Part shown: one piece after another, positions 33,201-37,536 of the stretch | How positions within the stretch are numbered: position 1 is the first letter of the stretch | Layout of the letters: each line of letters opens with the position of its first letter | IMG/VR virus record: IMGVR_UViG_3300047090_000102 | Coordinates: 1 to 64,000 of that record | Source: a virus | Length of the DNA: 64,000 bases | Direction: 5' to 3' (one strand) | The notes under the pieces: model-generated | The model's database searches: none | What the model was told of the DNA's origin: nothing | Seen by the model: the letters and a program-made list of their open reading frames with translations, nothing else | Program-made: the position numbers and the translations under genes

Positions 33201-34928
33201 CTCTGCCTGCTCTGGCGTTTTCGCTATGTGCAGGGTTCCATCCGGACCAACAAACCTCCCGCCAGACTGCTGGATCGCATTGATTAGGTAGTCGTGCGCG
33301 TGAAGGATCAGTTGCGGGCGCTGTGCGGGCGAGGCTGCGGCGATCTTGGTCGCCAAATCGTTCAGATGATCAGGGTGAAGCTCGGCGGGATGAGCCTGCG
33401 GCGTGGATCCAGTTGCTGGAGGTTGCGCGGCGGCGGTTGCTGCCTCTGTCTGCTGCTTACCAAAGGTATCCACCTGCCGGTTGATCATGTCCAGTGCCAA
33501 CTTCGCGGCTGTCTTAAGGTCGGTCGCGGTCTCTACGTGCCCGGTAGTTGGATCGGTGAATGTTCCCATCGGGCGGGCCAGTATCCACTTTGTCAGGTTC
33601 CAGTATCCTTCTTTCATTAGCGCTTCACGCGCCATTGGATCCGGAGCCTTGGCGATTGCTCTCGCGACAGTGTCAAGTACTTCTGGAGTAAGCGACGGCG
33701 GGCCTGGCGGCGGTGGAGGAGGAGCCTTTGGCACTTCTCCAGTTCCTTGAAGATAATGCATCATCGATTGCGTTGCTTCATCGATGACCGGCGCACTACG
33801 TGGCGGAACACTTACCTCAAATGGACCTACCTTGCCTCGAAATGTCGTTCCTTCTGCCGTTTGCGCTACTCCGGCAGCAACCTTGCCACCAAACACTGAA
33901 CCACCAGAAAATTTCCCCCTTGGCGTTTCTACAGATCCAGTCTTGAGGCCAGTTATGACTCCAAGAGCGGATGGCAGGAAGAATGCCGCTGACCGTATAA
34001 GCTCTTCGTCTTCTGGCGAAACATGACCATGAACTGCCGAACCAGTCCCTTCGCTAGCCAACATTCCTGCTCCATACCCAGCAGCAACCTTGAGCGGCGA
34101 AGTAAGCGCACCAGCAACCGCCAGCGGTTCCATGAGTTCACCAGATCCCTGTAGAATCTCAGCGGCACCCAATGAACGCTGCCTGCGCCTTTTCTCCTCA
34201 TCTTCAACAGCAGATCCCTTTGCAAAATTAGTGAGCATCTTAGCCTCGTCTTCGGGCGTAAGGTGCATATCTCCGGTAGGAAGGCTATGGGGATGCTCCG
34301 GCCTGCTCGTTGATTCTTCTGGCACATCTCGATAATGTGCTGGCCCTATAGTATTAGGGTCATCAGGAACCATCGTTTGTTTATGCACAAACAGCGGAGC
34401 ATGTGTCTGCGCTTGGTTCTCGCTGATGCGGCTTATGCCAGTCGCCAGCGGCTCAGCTCCAACCCATGCATCAAGGACAGGAATACGATCAGCCTCCGGA
34501 ACAAGAGGTTCCTGATAAGGTGTTCCGGTTTTTGCATGATACAAAATTGGTTGATCGAGTTGAGGGTCATGTGGCTTCCCTGTTGGTTCTGCTACGGGCT
34601 GCCCAGACGCTGCACGAGCTGCACCTGTTGGCGTCTGCGTGCGATACGCGCCGGGATAAGCTGTGGGGCCACGCGGTACATCCACGTGAGAAGGCATCGA
34701 CTCAAATAGGCTGGGTTGTTTCGGACGATAGCCGACGGACCCTGGCCCAAGAGGATTGCCGAGACGGTCAAACTCTTGGTCAGCCTGAGTTTTAGTGAGT
34801 GATGGAGTGGAAGGCGCGGAGCCCTCTAATTCAAAGCCGGGAGGGAGCGTTAGAGCGGGAGAGGGAGAGGAATCTTGGCCCTCAAGTTCAAAGCCTGGAG
34901 GGAGAGCAACTGCGTTTTTGTCTGCCAT
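18234..34928 (-). CDS. giant polyvalent internal-virion-slot protein (5,564 aa) with FtsK-gamma-like, RelA/SpoT-like, 2H phosphoesterase, N6-adenine methyltransferase and intein-interrupted Sbno/SNF2-like helicase modules
   Basis: Uninterrupted 16,695-nt ORF with an ATG start. Catalytic motifs were read directly (see the domain features). It occupies the T7 gp16-equivalent position between internal-virion-like genes and the terminase. Confidence 0.85.
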   Translation of the reverse strand: MADKNAVALPPGFELEGQDSSPSPALTLPPGFELEGSAPSTPSLTKTQADQEFDRLGNPLGPGSVGYRPKQPSLFESMPSHVDVPRGPTAYPGAYRTQTPTGAARAASGQPVAEPTGKPHDPQLDQPILYHAKTGTPYQEPLVPEADRIPVLDAWVGAEPLATGISRISENQAQTHAPLFVHKQTMVPDDPNTIGPAHYRDVPEESTSRPEHPHSLPTGDMHLTPEDEAKMLTNFAKGSAVEDEEKRRRQRSLGAAEILQGSGELMEPLAVAGALTSPLKVAAGYGAGMLASEGTGSAVHGHVSPEDEELIRSAAFFLPSALGVITGLKTGSVETPRGKFSGGSVFGGKVAAGVAQTAEGTTFRGKVGPFEVSVPPRSAPVIDEATQSMMHYLQGTGEVPKAPPPPPPGPPSLTPEVLDTVARAIAKAPDPMAREALMKEGYWNLTKWILARPMGTFTDPTTGHVETATDLKTAAKLALDMINRQVDTFGKQQTEAATAAAQPPATGSTPQAHPAELHPDHLNDLATKIAAASPAQRPQLILHAHDYLINAIQQSGGRFVGPDGTLHIAKTPEQAEKLAQTLINDAVQGHNKAQEAAAKAADKPATPATKPAAAVQRVIDRGKPKPSTPTPESPAVSDKYEQAKQASAEFGKASTSLLQRRLNIGYAEATHLIDRMEQDGLIKRDAANPSRPPTWIGEPPAKPETAATSATVAQNETDDWMQAKKNLGLPANADYSPAISAEATRIKAERTKGQTGAPQLPNAGDVPAMGRAMTTDSPAVQKVHQEAQLAPGQVPRVEVKDESPADAAKLAQPAKEPSEVAVAKVGDYDHEAGRQIVQPSGSEIENERLAAEAAPELAAGLSEIAASVQGAHFDEAHGGRLRPQKNLERLGEKTEDDKPPNTIGDYLASQIVADTVEAKDQIIAALKQRYNVLGVEDNFLQPRENKAGYASANVQAQMPSGLSAEIQIVIPEIQAITDQTHRLYTSGREFPEGSAERKKYWDEAARFHEAAVQQFRERTGTEEQEFKKGSTQINIAPESALGQAHAAAAASIPDEHLMPTDFGGNPKGREDHPHLTLRYGLKDDSPAAVEKIKEAASKIAPFEVPIGPTDTFPASEHSDGAVPVIAPLESTPELLALRKAVEGAGSFHKDTFDSYRPHLTIGYVKPEVAAQYKGGRQLEGQNVPVDHIVVSKKDGSQETIPLGGTISTGLSTDAGQAQTRTPETPGQGQGSGSTGQGVGAAEPVRAAQKAQEKRSPARIPADSEEGVKLEALRAAERDLIAGRKKIPGHEAVLLHQIRQEIGEIVDRATGAIAKPAPSAKSPEVPTFKRDNPPQVAQPLVLKRGVEFTNPLHGGEKLHLKGTEYLLPGFEEYRIAVVPPRGSIAKHDKQGWSSYEITTGARLFTEIHQHSTEQRTLDGTIKLLQQNGKQKFDAKIKQFLGAAATDTWADGRMKSKDGDEVYQAVPGFGGSIAYINGKVETNRKGELRVRVTGSASLIGSTSSVGKTYPADQNWTVKNDPEIKRREEAKKAAEKQRADDAEKEASERKAELQAEWDKNGKLKAMDVGVGDVLETINTGYGDKRQRFVVNQIVGGGQDGLELYGVDENDLSATPGYLGDSMFMQKIGHREDVKEWKAQEEEKAPEPQAAATTKPSQPGPGSREYEDLKKRLAEIEAKRDAKLLKLPPQSRGGPKLDAQQISDFDPSRDKVIRRDGRTFVIDTKGERAPTEVKSDLITDQWRVNFDKMTPEQRVKMTQVVRNTPYLSAEGKAERLAILEGAPATPAAAPAKKTPPAKTSPNYLSDEELPRFFKPGRIVNGYGGQRDEVIAFHPPEPGANWPKNGWNVDVAAVDKDGNRIKGERVRNHATMPDKQEIAKFRADEAPDLPKGWTVTEYSAGKSGKLWQVNDQDGYSISRMNESREKAIADAQRKINSFQIETDATNKWMDDRSQANKKETSSEGSQWLSGIGSGYDDKWYQEQLKHVLQPTFEKRGKNQGGRIPTLDEMKKAYSEYLDKPDHEPLTFQDFGENIAANTGPGYWLNKAAETATPPGPQQSFKVGVKGKGDANWAYNALRFPTEEAAKAWGQDLWSRWSGVDQWEVHPSDEAPNREAEAKPLTAPEVHELKQATKAEPKFTIKKADVVPTEEGSYEARPQTRVSEPAEIREASDQTLAERVTQLEKALEANKTTGGTYGGATPALNKQLQKIRDEQIRRKGYAAQPLPGYEPQPPGPLTYRIGDLVEYRGKQYEVGFEQGNRVRLQDPKTHERIEGWALKSEVTPVDKEPEATPAAKLADAVYKKLITGESLGNMPQFERLAAEHFGSSRVSGEWTPKDATDAMEAGVNKYLLDAGENLMGMPAIEGLAMLRENLMNRLPTQSTRTDEQLKGQQFSTPPTEAYTVAKVAGIKPDDVVLEPSGGNGGLAIFAKAVGAEVHVNEISTRRQAMLKHVGFDNITSHDGEIINSLLKSSVQPTVIIMNPPFSAGALKGAEGQAVKNRNVYGFNHVDSALQRLAPGGRLVTILGGGRADDANGGAALTAPGGAGRWFDKIAEKYNVRANIRIAGKEYAKYGTSFATRIIVIDKDGSTPSRMGSLGRKRITDEIQELQGKPSWRLAYLKREANRGDLKNWDSTVQGNVSTLEQAYTLLENVAETRPVPTRTARTAGTGQEIAATGVGESKAPGTAGSGQPLRGERGTGAEIQPTGGPERVPGQPGGVAAGVGNQPVPLQQSQVQPATGPRTPVQTAGGAGGSTPAVNAERPSTVSAAEKLREQIRKAAGERLGKKIEGQPQPGSPEYEALKQKLAQLEAKKPRAIQPATPKPKPAERFTADNREEALKRLRARRGEVQPEGEEPPAYSLEEGGEKELTPEDINDMVDVGGFHFQQGIIQFDPWSKKMIADLGEWARPYLEVVHQEVSSLLGKPIEGKPKAPPATEAEKQGLQLEREAREQQAETEDTSAFVSYRPTLKGSTHPGPIVESKSMATVSLPEITYQPRLPQSVVTEGRISAVQMEPIALAGQQNQIILPSGHRAAAASSDGTGVGKGREAAGVLFDNWRQGRRRLVWVSEKWDLMQDAIRDLDGIGATTLSKTIKPFMKQPATTPIDHEGIMFSTYALLRSEDKKGNKRIAQLEKWIRGNDEGEGAHVIFDECVPAGTKIETPSGPVPIEQLHIGDSVWGFNHDTGEIEATPVLYLFRRETVNDFTIVHETPMTGNHPVWTANRGYVPSDELACDDTVALLDFVPDALQPHLCFVPAAICSEAEYYSQYQGDDKTSFLYEEVLGTVADEQSGIESQKAYNSRRKAEVVCNSSRSPQAPGRSRENAAASLRPNESITQSSSQGRSARSFTQERIRSSQWRERNAAVLAAANAGREAGVANGVRGNDQHTSRDWTADSLQTGYFATVTEVSDRGGRRGTPSDKGETGRSAQRGVPPICRLDCNEIQEPGDTGFPGNRRVCRTVHNIETATRNYFAGGLLVHNCQALKNAVARSQQEVSLTGDTVKKFLERNPKLRTFFLSATPATDVTNLGYMDRLGIWGAGTPFPGGFEEFNAKISAGGMSAMEMIARELKSQGKYVSRTLSYKGVQYSEIEHTVNDEQKDLYRSAVKAWKLVSQRVEDTIQNTVNGGSRAKSRFMSLFYASQQRFFNVLLTTLKIPTAVEQANKALGDGKSVVISLVNTNEAAQNREKLKFKGLEDTDEIPDYDFGPAEMLMDLVQEHYPTQQWIDDVDSEGKPIKVLATQKDESGRDIPVVNPQAVAERDALIKELKQNLQMPANPLDILVESLGGHSKVAEITGRKERFDPTTSKFVSRGDPGVARDKINKVEEGNFNAGKKRVAILSTAGGTGISLHAGKDMKNQQKRLHITLQVGWSADRAMQMLGRTHRSNQVQPPEYALLKTNMGGESRFISTIARRLGSLEALSKGQTKTNEGTEMMDKVNFETDQGKAATRAFYQSLLKNTEVPETATKESKGKNLTGMQILEDLKVLKTGQGGAPTVPDADMVNVTRLLNRLLALDPDVQNGAYNYFYDIFEAAVKDAIENGTLDTGVKQMPGDTFTVKEQRVIARDPKTGAETFYYPVDADVRTERLSVAQLEKKMKQDSKLNPRILRNGDGKLAFVVDAKDIIRADGHREPASYVVYPDYGKWEKVANHKLEIGKWGHGADQKPAYIPGFEEISEWSKKTIDKAKSSVQSAEWSLKSTKESRERYPQYYTEESIKEKEEALERAQKSLADSEAATKDPIAWGKEEWGKQYEAAPAHNTTPNHLIGGAVMHWWNAIHDSTQRLEVYTVVDSKSGQRVVGVAIPKEQIAQLLAKITGNKSAVNSSQIIKDVLENNTPYRLEGGTRIVRGRVGRDRVVQFIPSGHGMGEQLKSMGVVYEKGLQPIYYLPMSGTERFNAANILDKVLKTYPAEVETKGGEEEEPAYSLQSPSGWESTGENAPEVTEIKAVYRPSVGSIPPTVELSSAAFDMARSAIGAPHGIVGANLSVTQAARTAQNLRNFAPMATDAKVRQDMESLASAFDQAAKSPQAKTKGVNFFTGARDEHIFQEEVFHGGVQRELGAGKIAEHLPEDAYPRLLNHPVAKKLLGTALKHSYYQAYPDYMKVAEMAAKIAADENTLSPEDAADWFTEYYNELERHHGPAKIAEIMNGMFDRAKELHELSIVRLQTNRAALSVRPGEGTRGLTAAGEGSAAGPTGIAPPGNRGRDQENAGGEGQKPTVEPPAYSLKEDERKGERGFANLNVPAVLSHATPVIERGAGALVRPLVEAIAKAAAPVRDLIQSHVLPSKWQARAERKENLAKSRNLETNLLDLDRKFEGSAITAAKTLQEVGKDTTVADRLAVDRHIDSLLVPQAGPTSLSPEQQRILDQYVTPLREANQALYEELREANIPADFDPTYLHRVVRDRQNQLQRATEGSRGSGRGNVLSKTAASLKQRVMYSLDDGEGTRRVVSFKDGQVTGWDGGQPTPMSGEAPSGFTVGKRFIDDNRGEWSITQATKDEIEENTGLTYFRDPVATTMADFLQLTRAVEAKRFLDAWKSSPAFASVAMLPEKGLYAPRGWKEIANLPQFRGYQFEPRTAEVLQRFADKLNKENAPSILGKLADVAQTSILLNPLLHVLNMADFAVVSRGAVANANVLGLGNVTSTMAKAIKSAVTKDADYIRALDAGAHLMSHKQYVSDLNKHFVELMTGMMENNKPFKEKMRDYMGLRQGDDPVQAIRRASHAAAFVSNDILYMQSVHEKIADGMSMEAAVRETNKIFPDYQVPTRPLDSKLLGDIMRTRWLTWFNGYHLGRFKAYKNIFEGAFKSGVDDQARGHALSMLAMLGLLVAVGYGAYDQFMKKVTNEPNAKSPRFGLSKLPAEMIETAKGERSFSSLAQSQFTPSTLIRAAHDVIENRDYKNDFVYNPEGSAVTKAKQIGEHMGKSSIGPLMQYEQYERDTEPGAGKREALRLLLGTKFPKSESMSPAEILMHRFAGQAMPPRTPEEQQEYTDNKARIASGHLTQADVKKILFKMRTNEFKRMLPRFTLGQIKKVMAESTPAERVVIMPIYIQKEIQTLKDPVKRSEALRDGVFQ
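24510..25493 (-). mobile_element. intein (328 aa) inserted in helicase motif II
   Basis: Begins CVPAGTKIETPSG (Cys1 codon 25491..25493). TGNHPVW block B. Ends ...VHNIETATRNYFAGGLLVHN, followed by the +1 Cys (24507..24509). Confidence 0.85.
24518..25222 (-). CDS. DUF559/Vsr-like (PD-(D/E)XK) homing-endonuclease-like ORF, nested in the +1 frame inside the intein
   Basis: 234-codon ORF with TTG at 25222 and the first ATG at 25213. N-terminal zinc-finger-like CALCQQPF...RFCTKKC. Core LRQRMLAEKLGWPTEF...YKLDIS..SLKLAIEVDGEGHQ...ADRRKEVFLQSVGWTVMRFKNQEI. Its stop lies 5 nt before the intein's terminal Asn codon. Confidence 0.6.
   Translation of the reverse strand: MYLMPFNLICALCQQPFVAKRSTTHSIRGTIKRRFCTKKCSAQWRMNNQELKAKRRITPEGKQKWSAILQEVRKRPDVQEKMQQHLYGPTNPLRSPAVRAVALEASRKKGFAHLNGGNGTPLSLRQRMLAEKLGWPTEFVVTTNTHRGTGLPTHYKLDISQPSLKLAIEVDGEGHQAIKVKLADRRKEVFLQSVGWTVMRFKNQEILDSLETVESAVQCTISRLQPETTSLAVS
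26648..27031 (-). CDS. candidate overprinted +1-frame ORF (127 aa) inside a linker of the giant ORF
   Basis: ATG start. The helical, non-repetitive product (...LVWENLKLLAQQAVDNHYEESEALAQKFNLQVDLNEFLANLEES...) uses CTG/GAG/AAC/CAG/TTC codons. The giant frame here is a G/P/T/A linker with atypical GGA/CCT/CAA/CGA codons. Confidence 0.35.
   Translation of the reverse strand: MLVHSNRRILSLRMLQKQGQSRLEPPAQQALGKKSPQLVWENLKLLAQQAVDNHYEESEALAQKFNLQVDLNEFLANLEESQPESAINQFHYSNPKFNLQQDLVHQCKPLEVLEALLRQSTLNDRLQ
27249..27941 (-). other. N6-adenine DNA methyltransferase domain (within the giant ORF)
   Basis: QQFSTPP, SAM motif VLEPSGGNGG (27672..27701) and the catalytic NPPF (27492..27503). Confidence 0.8.
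31329..31811 (-). other. 2H phosphoesterase (LigT/Acb1-type fold) domain (within the giant ORF)
   Basis: Two HxT motifs 84 residues apart. HPHLTLRYG has HLTL at 31698..31709. RPHLTIGYV has HLTI at 31446..31457. Confidence 0.7.
31899..32351 (-). other. RelA/SpoT (RSH)-like nucleotidyltransferase motif region (within the giant ORF)
   Basis: RLRPQKNLERLGEK...IGDYLASQIV...NKAGYASANVQAQMPSGLSAEIQIVIPEIQAITDQTHRLY resembles the R.K...eK / D..g.Ri / GY.s.H / EiQirT / H..YK layout. Eye-level match only. Confidence 0.4.
32829..33011 (-). other. FtsK-gamma-like winged-helix domain (within the giant ORF)
   Basis: KASTSLLQRRLNIGYAEATHLIDRMEQDGLIKRD matches the S.S.LQRrl.IGYnRA..li..mE..GiV pattern of FtsK gamma. 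Confidence 0.6.
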
Positions 34929-34941
34929 GAGATGTCAGTGT

Positions 34942-35103
34942 TCACGCGATTTTGTAGCCAGCATCAAGGAACTGGCGTTCAGCGGTAGCGTACGGGATGC
35001 GGAGTTCTTCGGCAAGTTCTTCGACTTCATTGCGCTGCACAGTCTTCTTGCTTGAGTCTGGAGTTCCTTCGAGAGTGAAACCAGGAGGAAGAGTGGGGTT
35101 CAT
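34942..35103 (-). CDS. small protein (53 aa) carrying the LPPGFTLEG motif
   Basis: Below the track cutoff. MNPTLPPGFTLEGTPDSSKKTVQRNEVEELAEELRIPYATAERQFLDAGYKIA. TAAATG junction with the upstream gene. Its stop lies 13 nt before the giant ORF ATG. Confidence 0.5.
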   Translation of the reverse strand: MNPTLPPGFTLEGTPDSSKKTVQRNEVEELAEELRIPYATAERQFLDAGYKIA

Positions 35104-35421
35104 TTACGAATCCAGTATCTTTTGCAGTTCGGCCTCGGTCGGCAGAGGGTCTCCATCTTTGCGTCCACCAAGAGACAGAGCCGCACATTCAGCGCATGAC
35201 TCTGTAGCACAATCTCTTCCGTGAATGCAACGCGGATACCATTCGCCAAGCTCAGGCCAGCGGTGGGCCATGTACTTACGGAGATACTTGCCGGCTTTAT
35301 TGTAACCAGGGCAACCCGGCTCGCGCGAGTACCCGTAGCCGTCAGTTACACCATTGTGATAAGCAGAGATGCACGACACTACGGCGAAGAGCGTCACGAC
35401 GATTAAAAGGATTTCCATCAT
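35104..35421 (-). CDS. membrane-anchored Cys-rich protein
   Basis: N-terminal helix MMEILLIVVTLFAVVSCISAY followed by several Cys residues. Confidence 0.55.
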   Translation of the reverse strand: MMEILLIVVTLFAVVSCISAYHNGVTDGYGYSREPGCPGYNKAGKYLRKYMAHRWPELGEWYPRCIHGRDCATESCAECAALSLGGRKDGDPLPTEAELQKILDS

Positions 35422-35428
35422 AGCGACT

Positions 35429-35584
35429 TCACCAAGCCAGCAAGCGCTGCTGCTTTTTCATGAGCCCACGATCAGTAAGGTGTTGTAGAGAACAGCTGAA
35501 AAAAGAATACTCCTGCCCTGGCTGCATTGTTCGTAGCACTCGGCATTGTTTTTCGACGGCCTCGTTTGCGTAGGTGATCTTCAT
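35429..35584 (-). CDS. possible small protein (51 aa)
   Basis: Below the track cutoff. MKITYANEAVEKQCRVLRTMQPGQEY.... GAGG lies 11 nt upstream. The evidence is weak. Confidence 0.25.
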   Translation of the reverse strand: MKITYANEAVEKQCRVLRTMQPGQEYSFFSCSLQHLTDRGLMKKQQRLLAW

Positions 35585-35666
35585 TCAGGTTAGCCTCTAC
35601 CCGACAGGCCTTGATCTACTTTCCTGCCGGGCTTCGGCTCTCGTCGTGGGTTTAAAGGATTACGTG

Positions 35667-35700
35667 ACTCCCTTTTGCTCGCCCAGCAAAACAGGAGTCT
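35667..35700 (-). promoter_or_regulatory. strong RNA hairpin in a 340-nt intergenic region
   Basis: Minus strand reads GACUCCUGUUUUGC-UGGGCGA-GCAAAAGGGAGUC. That is a 13-bp stem with one bulge. No U-tract follows. Confidence 0.4.
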
Positions 35701-35763
35701 CGTAAGCCGTTAAAACAATTGCACATCATCCTGCCACAGCCGAAGAATAGCCGCAAGGGAAAT

Positions 35764-37536
35764 CTATCTCAACGGTTGACCGGTCTTGATGTCGACCCAG
35801 GTCTTACCGTCGTCAGAACCTACCCTCTGGCCTGATTTTCCCTTGGCAACGTATTGGTAATATTGCCCTTGCTTGTTCTTTACGCCCTCAGGATTGTGCG
35901 CTGGCGGCTTACTGGTTGGCGCTTGCTGCTGGGGTGTTGCCGGTTGCTGTACTGGCGCCGAAGTTGCCGCTGGTGCCGTTTGCGGTCTCCGTTTGACTAT
36001 CTCTTGTTCGATTGTCTGCTTCTGACCTTCGAGTTTATTAACCTCATCCTCGGCGGCCTTGAGCGCGTTCTCCGCGAAAGTCTTAGTCTGCTGTGATTGA
36101 GAATCCGTTGCTGGCTGGGCGATAATTGCCTTGTAATCGTTCGCATTCTTCTCGGCTGCCTGAATCTGCCGATCGATACCTGATGTCCGCCGATTGTACT
36201 CGCTGCGTTCAGCCGAATTGACGAATGTCTCTCCACCTGATGGCTTCCTCCCCTGTGCTTCATCGAACTGCTGCTTGCTCATGTTTTTCACAGCTTCGTC
36301 AGCAGTCTTCCCTGGAATCTGGTGGTCTCGGGCATAGGCCATGATGTTCGCTTCGTCCACCTTGCTCCACTTCGAGCCTTCGCCGGTATGGACATGGATG
36401 TTCGGATTGTTCTTGTTCTCCGACATTGCCGCACGTGTGTAGGGCCCAGCCTTAACGAGTTTGCCGTTGGCGTCGTACGTCGTGAGCCCGTTCGCGATCT
36501 CCCAGCTCCAGCCTTCATCGTTGTTCTTTGGCGCGATCGTTGCATCCCCAGCCATGAACTTGCCTGTCTGAGAGTTGAACGTCGGCGCCTGCATGGACTT
36601 CTTGAGATCTTCCGCCTGCTGCCGCACTTGGTTGGTCTTCGCGCGCTCGGCGTCAATGGCTTGATCTTTGCTCGTCCGCTCGGCGAGTACGTCTTGCTGC
36701 GCGGCGGTCTTTGCTTCGTCGCGATATTGCGTGTTCTTGTTCTGGAAGTCGCGTTCTTGAAGCGCTGCTTCTTTGTCGAGCGCCGATTCCTGTTCCGTGC
36801 CACCCTTCAATCTTGCTTGGCGAGCCGCTTCATCTCTGGTGTACCTGGAGTTCACTGCCCCTGATCCAATGTAGTTCGGATCATTCGGATTCGATGTCAC
36901 CTCGGCCAATCCTGGGAGTCCATGTCCCAGAGTAGCGGCAGCGCCCATCAGTATCCGGCGTCCCAATCCCATTTTGTACTGAGGCAGAGTGTTGCCTTGG
37001 GCATCGACCTTAGCGGTAGGGACAGACGCTTGGGAGATAGTGTCGATAGCTGCCGCTCGCCGCGGATCCGCTTCTGGTGCTGATGGCGCTGGCGGAAGAG
37101 CCGAAACCATTGACGGACGCTGGATCACATTCGGTATCTGTAACGTTGGGCGTTTGGCTATTCCGGGCGAAACAGTGATGTCTGTCGCCGCGTCGGTTCC
37201 TGTTGATGCTGCCGGGCCACGTTCATGCAGTGTCGGCCTGGGCGTAACCATTGACACCGGTTGTTGCATGCGGCGTGGGCCCGAATCTGAGCCATTGCCG
37301 TTCTGCTTAGCTTGATCGACTGCCTGATCGGCCTGCTGGAGTAGTGTCGGCCTTGGCTTGAATCCAACATCGTCAGTGCTCGGTCTGCCGCGGTACTGCC
37401 CCATAGTCATCGGCGGGGCTTGAGCAGTTTCGTCCGGGCCACCGAGATCACGATCGCGCAACGGAGCAAGCAGACGTCGTCCTACTGAGTTGTCATCATC
37501 ATCGTATCCGTCGTCGCCGTCGTAATAAGGGGCCAT
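35764..37536 (-). CDS. internal-virion/ejection-like protein (low complexity, Q/A/K-rich coiled coil)
   Basis: 590 aa with an acidic N-terminus and a long coiled-coil-like middle. Positioned between the tail-tube-like genes and the giant ORF. Confidence 0.6.
   Translation of the reverse strand: MAPYYDGDDGYDDDDNSVGRRLLAPLRDRDLGGPDETAQAPPMTMGQYRGRPSTDDVGFKPRPTLLQQADQAVDQAKQNGNGSDSGPRRMQQPVSMVTPRPTLHERGPAASTGTDAATDITVSPGIAKRPTLQIPNVIQRPSMVSALPPAPSAPEADPRRAAAIDTISQASVPTAKVDAQGNTLPQYKMGLGRRILMGAAATLGHGLPGLAEVTSNPNDPNYIGSGAVNSRYTRDEAARQARLKGGTEQESALDKEAALQERDFQNKNTQYRDEAKTAAQQDVLAERTSKDQAIDAERAKTNQVRQQAEDLKKSMQAPTFNSQTGKFMAGDATIAPKNNDEGWSWEIANGLTTYDANGKLVKAGPYTRAAMSENKNNPNIHVHTGEGSKWSKVDEANIMAYARDHQIPGKTADEAVKNMSKQQFDEAQGRKPSGGETFVNSAERSEYNRRTSGIDRQIQAAEKNANDYKAIIAQPATDSQSQQTKTFAENALKAAEDEVNKLEGQKQTIEQEIVKRRPQTAPAATSAPVQQPATPQQQAPTSKPPAHNPEGVKNKQGQYYQYVAKGKSGQRVGSDDGKTWVDIKTGQPLR

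Noticed and set aside
18319-34795. Dozens of plus-strand ORFs (for example 27564..28157, 25437..26522, 22473..23003) and R/S-rich minus-strand alternate-frame ORFs (for example 19513..19848, 21785..22129, 30740..31090, 32404..32847) inside the giant gene.
   Set aside because: They have Arg/Ser/Cys-rich or low-complexity translations with no motifs. They are expected by chance in a 16.7-kb ORF of about 55-60% G+C. Only the +1-frame ORFs that coincide with a GC3 collapse or carry a clear domain were kept as findings.
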